Origin: a virus
Length of the DNA: 64,000 nucleotides
Strand: one strand, 5' to 3'
Virus record (IMG/VR): IMGVR_UViG_3300032435_000001
Part shown: one piece after another, positions 40,867 through 51,427 of the stretch
Layout of the letters: each line of letters begins with the position of its first letter
Position numbering within the stretch: the stretch's first letter is position 1
Notes under the pieces: model-generated
What the model was told of the DNA's origin: nothing
What the model saw: the letters and a program-made list of their open reading frames with translations, nothing else
The model's database searches: none
Program-made: the position numbers and the translations under genes

Positions 40867-43800
40867 TATTAGGATAAAAACGGATGTAGGTGTTGATAAA
40901 TATCTAAAGGTTAATTTGGAACAAGATTTCGATTTTCTTGAGATATTATCATTAAAGTTATCCCAAGAAGATGTTTATAGGCGTTTTAACTCTGATTACG
41001 GTGTTGTAGTTGGTAGAGTTATCGTAAACAATGGTTTGGGTGTACCTAACGCTAAAGTATCCTTATTTATACCTTTAAATGATTCTGACTCGGAAGAGGT
41101 TAAAAGTTTATATCCATTTAACACGGCTAATGATGAAGATTTTGATGGTGTTAGGTATAATCTTCTACCAAAAGACTATCAAGGTGATTGTCACACACCA
41201 GTAGGTACGTTCCCAAAAAAGAGAGAGGTACTTGATAATAATATTATTTTTGAGGTGTATGACAAGTACTATAAATTCACGACAACAACTAATAACGCTG
41301 GTGATTTTATGTTATTTGGTGTACCAGTTGGTAATCACATTATAAATATTGATGTTGATTTATCGGATATTGGTCAATTCTCACAAAAACCTTATGATTT
41401 TATCGAACAAGGTAACCCAGAAAATTTATTCAAATCATCTACCGTGTTTCTAGGTAGTAAAAATCTAAATTCCCTAACTCAACTTAAAAACCAAAAAGCA
41501 GGTGTCAATATAATACCATTTTGGGGTGAAGAGGGTGAGATTGGTATAACTAGAATTGATATGGATTTAAATTATAATTTAGTACCATCAGCAATATTTG
41601 TCGGTAGTATTTTCGGTGATAATGAGAAAAATTCACTTAATAAAAATTGTAGACCTAGAAAAGATTTGGGTAAATTATGTGAGACGGTATCCGCTTCGGG
41701 TACTATTAATATGATTAGGAAAGATATTGATGGTAATACTCAAAAATTTGATGTTTCTGGTGGTAATTTAATTGACGAGTTCGGTGCTTGGGCTTACCAA
41801 ATACCTATGAACTTAGATTATGTTGTTACCGATGAATTTGGTGAACTTATTCCTAGTGAGGACACCAATAAAGGTGTACCAACTAGGGCTAAAGTTAGAT
41901 TTAAAATCGGTATGGATGATACTGGTGGCGAAGGTAGAATTAGAAGTAGAGCTAAGTTTTTAGTCCCTCATAACCCAAAAACTGCTGATGATATTGATTA
42001 TAATTTTAATAGTGACACTAAAAGTAATAACTTTACTGATTTATCTTGGAATAAAATATACACAGTTAGAAACCATATAACTAGAATACAATCTGCTTGT
42101 TCAGGTGGTTGTGCTGATAACAGAAGAATGATTGGGGTTAAAGATGTTGATGATTGTGTTGGTAATAAAAACCCATTCCCATTTAATAAGTTAGATGGTG
42201 ATTTCAACCCATTATTCTTAATAATATGTTTAATAGTGGGTATTATTTTAATGATTTTAGAGTTAGCAAACAGAGCTTTTAGTCTTATCACTAGAGTTAG
42301 GTTGTTTGGGCGTGTTAGGTGTGTAGCTTTAGATTGTGATGGTGTTAAGTACGCACCAGGTTGTAGCGGTAGTCGTGCAAAACCTGATGGTACTAAAAGT
42401 ACATCAAAAGATGCTTTAGAAGAGTGTTATAAAATTCAACTTGCTTCAGCTTTAAATATTTTTGAGTTTGATTTTTATAATGATTGGGTTAACGGTACAT
42501 TATTTTCATTTTTATTAAAATATAAAAAAAAGAAGAATAATGAGAAATTCTGTAGTGTTGATGTAAGTGAGGATAGTTACATTGTTGACACTTTAATTAA
42601 TGGTAATTTAAAAAACCACGCTAGTGAAAAAATATATAAGGGGTTCATTAAAAGTTTTAAGGGTGAATTATTTTACGCCCCATATGATAAGGATAGAGAT
42701 TACATTTTATACGCAACCGATATAACTTGCTTAGGTGCTATTAATAAATGTGATTGGGAAGGTAAACCTAGTTTTCACGAATACTTACTACCTACATCAT
42801 ATAAGATACCACCATTAACTAATACAGATGAACCTAATGTATCTAAATTGGCTGATAGTAATCCCAATAGAGGCCTGTTATTTACATTTTCATGTACTAA
42901 GCTTAATGCTAGTGATAATCAGATGAGTAATATAAGAAGGTTATGTGAGATTGGTGTTGGTCTAGATGAAGATAGAAATGATGAACCTAATGGTGTTTCT
43001 AAAAATAATAGTATTGGTGATGAAGACATTGATAACCAATTTGTTAGGGATTGTTTAATTGTCTCAAATTCAAATACTTTATCTTTAACGACTACAGGTT
43101 TAAATAGTGGTTTTAATGGTTCACATTATAAAAATTATAGAGATTTTGGTAAAAGAACTGTAAAGCAAGCTAGGGGTAATTCGTTCTATATGTATTTTGG
43201 TACAGCACCAAATAATAGCGCTATTGATAAGATGAACGCTAAATATTTTACTAGTTGTGAACAAGTAGTGGAAGATGAGTTTATAATTGAGGGTGTGATT
43301 AGTGATGTAACGTATTTAGGTGGTAATGATGGTAGTATAAATATCTCAATAATCGATGGTTTCGAACCATTCACATATCTTTGGAGTAATGGTGAGATTA
43401 CTGAGGGGGTATCTAATTTAACCGCTGGTGAGTACACCGTTAGCGTTACCGATGATAATGGTAGTGTTGTTAAAAAGACGTTTATAGTTAGCCAACCAAA
43501 ACCAATTAAGGTTGAAATCGTGGTAAATACCACTAGAACCCCATTAAGTAGTGATGGTACATTAACTTTAAGTTCGATTATTGGTGGTAATGGTAATTAT
43601 TTTGTAACAATAGTGGGCCCAACAAATAACCCAACTACACAAACAGTTAATAACCCAATACCCAATTTCACATTTACTGGGTTGGCGAGTGGTACATATA
43701 CCTTAACAGTCGTTGATACTAGTAACGTACCTTTGACTTATAACAGTGTTTTTGAGATATTAAAACCGCCTAAATTAGAGACCACCATAACATTTACATC

Positions 43801-44614
43801 GCCAGAATGTTACGCACCTGATTATGATAATGATGCCGAAATTAATATTCGAATAAACGGTGGGATACCACCATATTTAGTACAAACTGTTGGACCAACT
43901 TTTGTGAATGAAAGCGGTGGTACTGAAACATATTCATCAACATTAATGAACCATCTTTCGTTACCTAGTGGCACCTTTTCTATCACTATAACAGATTTAT
44001 TTGGTCAAGTGGTTACTGGTTCTGGAGCTATAGTAATGCCAACAGCTTTAAAAATTAGGTTTTATGAGATTAAGGTAATAACTCTACCATCTCGAATTTC
44101 TATTATGTCAAGTAATGCATTAGCTAACTTTTTAAATGCTCAAAATTCTGTACATGATTTAAGTAATCAACATATAGATTATTATTTCAGATATAGTTAT
44201 TTTCCTGGTGGGGTTCTAAGCGGAATGGGACATGCTTTCCACAAATTCATACCAAATTCGGTTAGTGGGTATGGTGTGTATGGTGGTAATGGGTTAAATT
44301 TCGATGAATCTAATTTTGAAACTATAGCAACTAATGAACAATCAAATTTTATTATAGATAAGAGGAGAATCAGTATTACCTCACCCCGTGCTGGGCAACT
44401 TAATGGGTTTGGGGATGGCGAGAAATTTGATGTATTTAAGGTCGGTTCAAGTGTTAAACTCTATGAGTTTACGATAGGTATTGTATATAATTTTGACACT
44501 AATTCTTTCCTACGGGTATATTCATTCCCACCGAATGGTCTAACCGCTGGTGATAAAGCATACCTTGTGAGTCATAGGGATGGGTGTGAATCAAATGAAA
44601 TAACAATTTACTAA
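40859..44614 (+). CDS. Large structural protein with carboxypeptidase-regulatory-like domain, Cys-rich core and SprB-like repeats
   Basis: GRVIVNNGLGVPNAKV...TNNAGDFML. Later NDGSINISIIDGFEPFTYLWSNG....SNLTAGEYTVSVTDDNG plus two divergent copies. Confidence 0.7.
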   Translation: MSNIRIKTDVGVDKYLKVNLEQDFDFLEILSLKLSQEDVYRRFNSDYGVVVGRVIVNNGLGVPNAKVSLFIPLNDSDSEEVKSLYPFNTANDEDFDGVRYNLLPKDYQGDCHTPVGTFPKKREVLDNNIIFEVYDKYYKFTTTTNNAGDFMLFGVPVGNHIINIDVDLSDIGQFSQKPYDFIEQGNPENLFKSSTVFLGSKNLNSLTQLKNQKAGVNIIPFWGEEGEIGITRIDMDLNYNLVPSAIFVGSIFGDNEKNSLNKNCRPRKDLGKLCETVSASGTINMIRKDIDGNTQKFDVSGGNLIDEFGAWAYQIPMNLDYVVTDEFGELIPSEDTNKGVPTRAKVRFKIGMDDTGGEGRIRSRAKFLVPHNPKTADDIDYNFNSDTKSNNFTDLSWNKIYTVRNHITRIQSACSGGCADNRRMIGVKDVDDCVGNKNPFPFNKLDGDFNPLFLIICLIVGIILMILELANRAFSLITRVRLFGRVRCVALDCDGVKYAPGCSGSRAKPDGTKSTSKDALEECYKIQLASALNIFEFDFYNDWVNGTLFSFLLKYKKKKNNEKFCSVDVSEDSYIVDTLINGNLKNHASEKIYKGFIKSFKGELFYAPYDKDRDYILYATDITCLGAINKCDWEGKPSFHEYLLPTSYKIPPLTNTDEPNVSKLADSNPNRGLLFTFSCTKLNASDNQMSNIRRLCEIGVGLDEDRNDEPNGVSKNNSIGDEDIDNQFVRDCLIVSNSNTLSLTTTGLNSGFNGSHYKNYRDFGKRTVKQARGNSFYMYFGTAPNNSAIDKMNAKYFTSCEQVVEDEFIIEGVISDVTYLGGNDGSINISIIDGFEPFTYLWSNGEITEGVSNLTAGEYTVSVTDDNGSVVKKTFIVSQPKPIKVEIVVNTTRTPLSSDGTLTLSSIIGGNGNYFVTIVGPTNNPTTQTVNNPIPNFTFTGLASGTYTLTVVDTSNVPLTYNSVFEILKPPKLETTITFTSPECYAPDYDNDAEINIRINGGIPPYLVQTVGPTFVNESGGTETYSSTLMNHLSLPSGTFSITITDLFGQVVTGSGAIVMPTALKIRFYEIKVITLPSRISIMSSNALANFLNAQNSVHDLSNQHIDYYFRYSYFPGGVLSGMGHAFHKFIPNSVSGYGVYGGNGLNFDESNFETIATNEQSNFIIDKRRISITSPRAGQLNGFGDGEKFDVFKVGSSVKLYEFTIGIVYNFDTNSFLRVYSFPPNGLTAGDKAYLVSHRDGCESNEITIY

Positions 44615-46302
44615 TGGACAATGTGAAAATAATTTTAAATAATGGTAAGGGTGTTAATAGGGTTAATATTGATTCTTTCATAAAAGTACCTTTTAAGAGT
44701 ACTAGTAGGTTATTACCTATTGGTGATATAAATGAAATTGTTAATGTTGGGGATGTATTCAATAAGGAGAGACAAAAGTCTAAATTATATCGTTTCAATT
44801 TTACGATTAACCCTATCTTCACTAACGCTTTGTTTAATGTTACTGGTGAAAATAGTTACGCAACATTTATGGGTCCTATATTTAGAGATAGGAGTTACCC
44901 ACCTAATGGTATTGATTTAGATGAGGAAGAGGATTTAAAATATGGGGAGTCAATTCAAACCCACTTAGTTGAAAAACATGGTTGGTTTGGTTATTACGAC
45001 CCAGATATTTCTAAAGTTAGTAATTGCTTATTTTACGATATGTCACCATCTAGAGATTTATTCACTTTAACACCTAATAATGGTGTTAAAAATTGGGATA
45101 TAACGATTGTATACCCTAAAAGTACCATTGATAGTGATTTAACTAATGGTGGTTTAAAGATTATATATAAAGATACTATCATTTTTAATGGTAGGGAAAT
45201 GACTATATTTGGGGTCCCAGTAAAGCATGGTTTATCCGTTGGTTCAACAGTTAGGATTAAGGGTTTACCCCAAATTAATTTTAATGATGATTATAATGTT
45301 CTTAGTTTGGGTTTATCTAATGGTGATGATAGTGAATATTATTTTATAATTGATTTAAACCCAAATTTAGTTACCATTTCTAATGATAGTAGAATGGTTA
45401 GGGTTTTTGGTGGTCAAGAGTCAAAATATTACTATAGAGTTTTTAGTAAAATTAAAACTAAGAACACTTTCGTTATTGGTAATAATGATTATGAAATATA
45501 CCCTTTAGCATTTAGTAAAAATATTTACAATGATATTATATCGCAATTTAACATGAATGAGGATATTGATGTTAATGGTTTACTTGATAATTTAGGTAGA
45601 CCATTATCAGAGGTTTACCTAACTTTCATAAAGACTGATTCTGAAAATACTTTCTCTAAGGTAAAATCTGGTTTATCAATGGCGAATATTAGTGGTATTG
45701 ATTTGGATTTAAAAATTCCAGATATTAGACGAATATCAAATAGCCTCATTACACATGAACATTTAGAGGGTAATGTTATGATTGGTAATGATGATTTCAT
45801 TGGTGATTTGGTGGAATATAATAAGTATGAGGTTAGGGAGAATATCTTAGCCGATGTTTGGCACAGGTTCAACACTAATAATAGAGATGCTGGTGGTAGT
45901 GTTGTTAACAGTATTACTAATTATGTTTTAGATTTAGGTAAAAGATATGAGGGTTATATGTATAAACCTCACCACTTGATTAAAATTAGAGATTTCTCAA
46001 GTTATGTAGAACAAGGTGATTCTTCTGTTGTTGGTATACCAGATTACGCTGAGGATTTAGAGGATGGGAGAATTATTTGGCGGGATTTACTAGATATTGG
46101 CGTTAACGGTATTAATGAAAATACCTTAGACTACCCATTTGTTAATGGTGTTCACTACATGCATGATTTATTTAATTTTCAATTAAAAAGACAAGACCCT
46201 TTTTCTGAGTATGGGTTATATTATGAAAAAGCACCTAGAGACCCTTTTGGTAATGGCGTTAATGACAAGACTACTTTTAAAACGAATGATGATGAGTGTT
46301 AA
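44614..46302 (+). CDS. Hypothetical structural protein
   Basis: 562 aa, translationally coupled within the baseplate operon. Confidence 0.65.
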   Translation: MDNVKIILNNGKGVNRVNIDSFIKVPFKSTSRLLPIGDINEIVNVGDVFNKERQKSKLYRFNFTINPIFTNALFNVTGENSYATFMGPIFRDRSYPPNGIDLDEEEDLKYGESIQTHLVEKHGWFGYYDPDISKVSNCLFYDMSPSRDLFTLTPNNGVKNWDITIVYPKSTIDSDLTNGGLKIIYKDTIIFNGREMTIFGVPVKHGLSVGSTVRIKGLPQINFNDDYNVLSLGLSNGDDSEYYFIIDLNPNLVTISNDSRMVRVFGGQESKYYYRVFSKIKTKNTFVIGNNDYEIYPLAFSKNIYNDIISQFNMNEDIDVNGLLDNLGRPLSEVYLTFIKTDSENTFSKVKSGLSMANISGIDLDLKIPDIRRISNSLITHEHLEGNVMIGNDDFIGDLVEYNKYEVRENILADVWHRFNTNNRDAGGSVVNSITNYVLDLGKRYEGYMYKPHHLIKIRDFSSYVEQGDSSVVGIPDYAEDLEDGRIIWRDLLDIGVNGINENTLDYPFVNGVHYMHDLFNFQLKRQDPFSEYGLYYEKAPRDPFGNGVNDKTTFKTNDDEC

Positions 46303-47143
46303 TAAAATTAAAGTGAATATTAAGGATTTGAATGGGTTAGACCCCAATTCATATATTAAAATACCATTAAATTTAGAGTTTGCTCATTTTGACCAATATG
46401 AGGTTGTGTCTAGAGACTTTATAAGTAAGGAGGTTGATAAACTTATTAACCCAATTATCGATTACGAAAAGTTAAGATTCATACCAATAAATAATTCAGG
46501 TGATGATTTGGAAAATATAAAATATGAATTAAATTTTTTAAATGACACCAATACATATAACCCAAACTCATATTACTCTGATTTAGGTTTTATTAATTCA
46601 GATTTAAAATTTAGGAAAAATAATTTCACAAAATCATTCTTAAAGTTAAGTTTTTATGATAATGACGTTGCAACTAACCAAAGGTTAATATCATTTTTAA
46701 GTATATTTTCTAGGGTAAGTAAGAGGGATATTGTGAATTCTGGTTTCGGTATTAATTTACCATTACCAGCCAACGCTTTTAAGGTAAATTTTATACTTAA
46801 TAACCCAGTAAAATACCCAGATGGTTTTTCCGAGGGTTATTACATTTACCATTATAAGGATGAGGTGAACTTTGGGTTACCAAAGGTGTTATACATGAAA
46901 GCTGAGTTTAACAACGCTAAAAATGGTGAGACAATACCATTTATGACTGGAAATGTGGCGCAAGATATTAGTAACTTAAATAGCATGCTATACACTAAAT
47001 ATGTTTTAGTTAGAAACAATGATGGGTATTATTATAATGTGGATAGTACATATTCTAATAATATAACATACAGTAGTTTTACTAATAACGGTGTTATTAA
47101 TGATGATTGTGTAATAAAACTATATGAAATGAATGTGATATAA
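46292..47143 (+). CDS. Hypothetical structural protein
   Basis: The likely start is 46286-46292. FTKSFLKLSFYD and LYMKAEFNNAK motifs. Confidence 0.6.
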   Translation: MSVNKIKVNIKDLNGLDPNSYIKIPLNLEFAHFDQYEVVSRDFISKEVDKLINPIIDYEKLRFIPINNSGDDLENIKYELNFLNDTNTYNPNSYYSDLGFINSDLKFRKNNFTKSFLKLSFYDNDVATNQRLISFLSIFSRVSKRDIVNSGFGINLPLPANAFKVNFILNNPVKYPDGFSEGYYIYHYKDEVNFGLPKVLYMKAEFNNAKNGETIPFMTGNVAQDISNLNSMLYTKYVLVRNNDGYYYNVDSTYSNNITYSSFTNNGVINDDCVIKLYEMNVI

Positions 47144-47865
47144 TGGAAATAATTAAGAAAAAAATAAGTCTAAAATATTTTAATAAGACTAATAGATATG
47201 TGTATTTTAAAATTTTCTTAACACAAAGTTTTGATAATATAGGTGATTTTAGTGAATTAAATTTCACACCTAAAGAAATTGTAAATAGGGAGTTATCAAC
47301 GCTAGATAAGTTTTTCAGAATTGAGGGTGTTGGTGTTAATAAGTGGTATGTCGAATCTGGTTTGGTTAGAAGTTTTACTGATTCTAAATTAGAGGAGGTT
47401 AGGAATTACAATATTTTAAGTCCTTTTATCGCTGGTTTTAATGTTGAAAATGAGAGTTATGTTAATTTTAAAGGTGTTGGTGTTGACGGTGTTAATAGAG
47501 TTACTAGGATTGGTGATGGTGAGATAGATTACACAATAAACGCTAAACTTGATAATTTAATAGGAACTGAAGCCCAAACTTCTGGTATTTTTTATTCTGA
47601 ACCATTCCCAGATAATTTTAGTGAAACACCTACAAATGTTAGGTTTTATGGTGAAGGATGGAATCAAACAAATACTTCTTTATCAGCATTATACAAAGAA
47701 GAATACCTAATGGGTATTATTTTTAGTCCAGAAGTTAAAAACGATGTATTTATAGATAGAGGTAATGTTAATGTAATGGAAAAACATTTAAGAATGTCTG
47801 AAATAGAAAATTTAAACCACTTAGTTAATTATAACAATAGGTTTTTTAATATAATAAAATATTAA
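47143..47865 (+). CDS. Hypothetical structural protein
   Basis: 240 aa with C-terminal PEVKNDVFIDRG, coupled to the upstream gene. Confidence 0.6.
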   Translation: MEIIKKKISLKYFNKTNRYVYFKIFLTQSFDNIGDFSELNFTPKEIVNRELSTLDKFFRIEGVGVNKWYVESGLVRSFTDSKLEEVRNYNILSPFIAGFNVENESYVNFKGVGVDGVNRVTRIGDGEIDYTINAKLDNLIGTEAQTSGIFYSEPFPDNFSETPTNVRFYGEGWNQTNTSLSALYKEEYLMGIIFSPEVKNDVFIDRGNVNVMEKHLRMSEIENLNHLVNYNNRFFNIIKY

Positions 47866-47922
47866 TAATTTTTAATTTTAGTACTTACTTATTATTTTTT
47901 TTTAATATATTCTAGTAACACC

Positions 47923-47950
47923 ATTAACCCTGTTCATAAGCAGGGTTAAT
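47923..47950 (+). terminator. Hairpin, possible terminator
   Basis: ATTAACCCTG-8 nt-CAGGGTTAAT followed by a T run. Confidence 0.55.
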
Positions 47951-47990
47951 TTTTATGATAATAATGATAATAAATATAAATACAATATAA

Positions 47991-48902
47991 ATGGCTAACG
48001 GAGTTTACGGTACAGTGAGACCAGCGGATGTATCACTTGATGATGTTGAGGTTTTCTTACATTTCTCACCAAGTAGGGGTTCTTTGGGTGATGTTGGGTT
48101 AACTAAATTAAACACCAACGATGTTTTACAGAGGATTTCAAACCCTAATAATAAAAATACATTTGAAATATTTGGTGGTTTATACACACTTAAATTACCA
48201 GCCACTATTTTTGGTCTTAAAGGTATCTACACAATTGCGATTAAACCTATTGAGATTAGAACTAAAATTATTGATAGTGGTGTTTTATCATCACAACCAA
48301 ATATAAAGGGTTTATTATTTGATACGTCAAATCTTACAAGTGATTTGATTAGTAAATTCCAAAATAATGGTTTGATAGGTTATAGAATTGAATATTTGAG
48401 TTCAACACCAACAACCACTAATTCTAAGATTAATAATTTCTTTAGAATCATTACCTCAAATAATAAGGCTGAGCCAATCACGCAAAACTTAAATAATACT
48501 AGTCAAAAAGCTATTAGATATCGATTTAATGATAACTCAAATTTAGTTTTTTGCACTGTAACACCTAGTTCACCCAGTAATGTAAAGCCAAACGTATTAC
48601 CATACATAGGTGAATCAAATCAAGATGTGATTCTAACTAATACTTTTTTCAATCCAATCATGTTGGAGGTTGAAATGGTTGAATATGACACTGAATCGTT
48701 AGCGATAGGTTTATTCGGTGGGCAAACTAAATCGATTGAAGATGGGATATACACAATTTATAATTTCGAAAATGAGATATTCAAACAATTTAATCTATAT
48801 GAGATTAAAGATGAGTTTTCTGGTAAACCACTGTTTGAGGTTAGAGAGATTAGAAATAGTATTGATTTCACAAAAAGTTTTGAAAATATAACTACAATAT
48901 AA
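47991..48902 (+). CDS. Hypothetical structural protein
   Basis: 303 aa, beta-rich, in the baseplate region. Confidence 0.65.
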   Translation: MANGVYGTVRPADVSLDDVEVFLHFSPSRGSLGDVGLTKLNTNDVLQRISNPNNKNTFEIFGGLYTLKLPATIFGLKGIYTIAIKPIEIRTKIIDSGVLSSQPNIKGLLFDTSNLTSDLISKFQNNGLIGYRIEYLSSTPTTTNSKINNFFRIITSNNKAEPITQNLNNTSQKAIRYRFNDNSNLVFCTVTPSSPSNVKPNVLPYIGESNQDVILTNTFFNPIMLEVEMVEYDTESLAIGLFGGQTKSIEDGIYTIYNFENEIFKQFNLYEIKDEFSGKPLFEVREIRNSIDFTKSFENITTI

Positions 48903-51400
48903 TGGCTGGGAAAATAAAGGTAGCTGGTTATGCTCAGAAAGTATTTTATAATGATGGTATTGAGTATAGAAATTTTTCAAGTAATTTAGTTGGTAATCAA
49001 CTAACTAACTCTAATAATAGCGCACTATTCACTATTGGTAACTTTGATATTACGACTAATTTGGATAGTAAGATTAGTAAGATTTTCAATACTAATAATT
49101 TTAGTAGCTTTCTTACGTTATCAGACCTTAAAAATGGTGAAAGTATAAACTTAACACTTAATGAGAAGAAGATGACTCTTAACTTAAATAAGCATAAGTT
49201 AAGTAATTACGCTTATTTCGGGTCGTTAAGGGAATATATTAGAGTGTCACTTGAGAATATTATAATTAAATGGCCAGCGTCTTTATTTGCATCTCCTTTA
49301 AATGACGATAATGTTTTAGTTAATGAAAATACTGTTGAAGATTATGTATATGATGACATATCTGATATTAGTAGTTTCAAGGTTAATGTTAATAGGTTAA
49401 ATAATAATTTTGATATTAATTTCTTAAAAAATGGTGAAACGTTAAACTCATATTCTGAGGGTAATGATTTAAGGAACTTAACTGTTAATTACAGTAGTTA
49501 CGTTATTGTCTACAACGGTGTTTCAGTACCAGTAGTTGATTTTACAGGTTCCAATTCAAATATTAATGATTACATTGAGGTTAAGGTTAAGGGTAATTTA
49601 TTTAATGGTTTAACTAATTTTAAGATAAACTACCATATTAGACCAAATGATTCGTTAATTGAGAAATTCTTTATTGAATTAAGTGATTTTGAAAATAATG
49701 TGTTAAATAGGTTTTCATCACCAATATACACTTCAAGTTATAATTTCAATTATGAGGCTGATAGTGGTAATATTATCTTAGGTAGTAAAACTATAACTTG
49801 GCCTATATCGGATGGTTATAACATTGACTTTCAAAGTGAAAGCTATGTTAACTTTGTTTCTCAGTTAATAGAAATGTCAGATAATAGTGATTTAACTAGC
49901 ACAAATTTAGTTAATAGATTTTTTGTTAGTGAATCAATATCGGAATTTGATACACTACCTAATCTTAATTTTGATGATTTAACGAGTGGTCAAAAAGTTA
50001 ATAGTACTTTAAAAATATATGGTAGAGAATTTGATGAGGTTAAAAAATATATTGACGGTATTGGATTTGCTAATGTTGTAACTTATGATGGTAATGATAA
50101 CGTACCAAATTTACTAATAAAGAATTTAGCCAAAGTGTTAGGTTGGGATTTAATTTCATCAATTTTAGAAGTTGATTTATTAAAAAACTACTTATCGGTT
50201 GGCGATAGCACTTATGTTGGTCATTCTAGAGGTTTATCACCAGTTGAGAAGGAAGTTGAATTATATCGCAGGTTAATAATGAATACCCCATGGTTATGGA
50301 AATCTAAAGGTACTAGGAAATCGATTGAATTTTTATTTAAATTTATTGGAACGCCAGATGGGTTAATTTCTTTTAATGAATACATCTACGTTGCTAACAA
50401 TTCTTTGGATATGAACTCATTTAGAACTATATTAAGTGAGAGTAATGGTACTGATAACTTGCAAGATTTAAATGTTGATGATGATGGTTTTCCAGTTGTC
50501 AATAGGAATAATAGTGAGATGTATTTCCAAAAAGCTGGTTTGTGGTATAGAGAAACTGGAGGTGTTAACTCAAATGTTGATATCTTAGTGGGTAATAACC
50601 CACATATTGGACCATACGATGGTGGTCAAGAATACATGAACCAATTTAATTGTCTTATACCTGATTTTGAGCCAGTTACTTTAATTAGTGAGAAGACTAG
50701 AGATGAAACTACTAATTTATTCATTAATTATGATAATGGTACTTTTGATTCGATATATGATAGCAACATTGTTTCTAACATTGATTTAAATGTTAATTTT
50801 AGTGGTATTGTAAATACACAAATAGTTGAAAGTTTGCAAGGTTATGAAATACAACCAGAATTAAGTGGTTGTTCTGGGACAACAACTTGGGTTTTAGATT
50901 GTTACCTAGATAATGAGTTAGTTACATCATCAACTTTATTAGGTGGTGATTCACTATTAAATGGTGTGTTGGTTAACTATAATAACTTAGCGTCTCAATA
51001 TCTGGGTGCTTTAAATGTGTTTTATAATGAGTTAAATAGTAATTACGCACCGATAACGTCAGAAGTGAGTAATTTGAGTTATAGTCTTGTTGAGGAAAGT
51101 GGTCAATGTGAGGTCTACACGCCTTATTATTTGGGTAAAGTGATTAGGGTTGAATTAAAATTAAACTTAGACTATTCTTGTAACGATTGTAAACCAGTTA
51201 TTAGCGTTGAACCTACATTTATATGTCCAGTTAGTGAAATGATTAATGGGGTTTTGTATTTTTATTGTGGGTTGGTTACATTTAGTGGTTTAGTTGATAA
51301 TATTTTAATTGATAGCGAATGTTGTACCAACTTAGGTTATCAAGTTAAAGCGGTACAAGGTGGTTTTAATTGTTACGCAACGATAGGTAGTTTACAATAA
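48902..51400 (+). CDS. Baseplate wedge protein (gp7/P2 gpI-like)
   Basis: LAKVLGW...LYRRLIMNTPWLWKSKGTRKSIEFLFKFIG, a KGT motif typical of this family. Confidence 0.7.
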   Translation: MAGKIKVAGYAQKVFYNDGIEYRNFSSNLVGNQLTNSNNSALFTIGNFDITTNLDSKISKIFNTNNFSSFLTLSDLKNGESINLTLNEKKMTLNLNKHKLSNYAYFGSLREYIRVSLENIIIKWPASLFASPLNDDNVLVNENTVEDYVYDDISDISSFKVNVNRLNNNFDINFLKNGETLNSYSEGNDLRNLTVNYSSYVIVYNGVSVPVVDFTGSNSNINDYIEVKVKGNLFNGLTNFKINYHIRPNDSLIEKFFIELSDFENNVLNRFSSPIYTSSYNFNYEADSGNIILGSKTITWPISDGYNIDFQSESYVNFVSQLIEMSDNSDLTSTNLVNRFFVSESISEFDTLPNLNFDDLTSGQKVNSTLKIYGREFDEVKKYIDGIGFANVVTYDGNDNVPNLLIKNLAKVLGWDLISSILEVDLLKNYLSVGDSTYVGHSRGLSPVEKEVELYRRLIMNTPWLWKSKGTRKSIEFLFKFIGTPDGLISFNEYIYVANNSLDMNSFRTILSESNGTDNLQDLNVDDDGFPVVNRNNSEMYFQKAGLWYRETGGVNSNVDILVGNNPHIGPYDGGQEYMNQFNCLIPDFEPVTLISEKTRDETTNLFINYDNGTFDSIYDSNIVSNIDLNVNFSGIVNTQIVESLQGYEIQPELSGCSGTTTWVLDCYLDNELVTSSTLLGGDSLLNGVLVNYNNLASQYLGALNVFYNELNSNYAPITSEVSNLSYSLVEESGQCEVYTPYYLGKVIRVELKLNLDYSCNDCKPVISVEPTFICPVSEMINGVLYFYCGLVTFSGLVDNILIDSECCTNLGYQVKAVQGGFNCYATIGSLQ

Positions 51401-51427
51401 CATTGGTAGATAAATTAAATAATTAAT

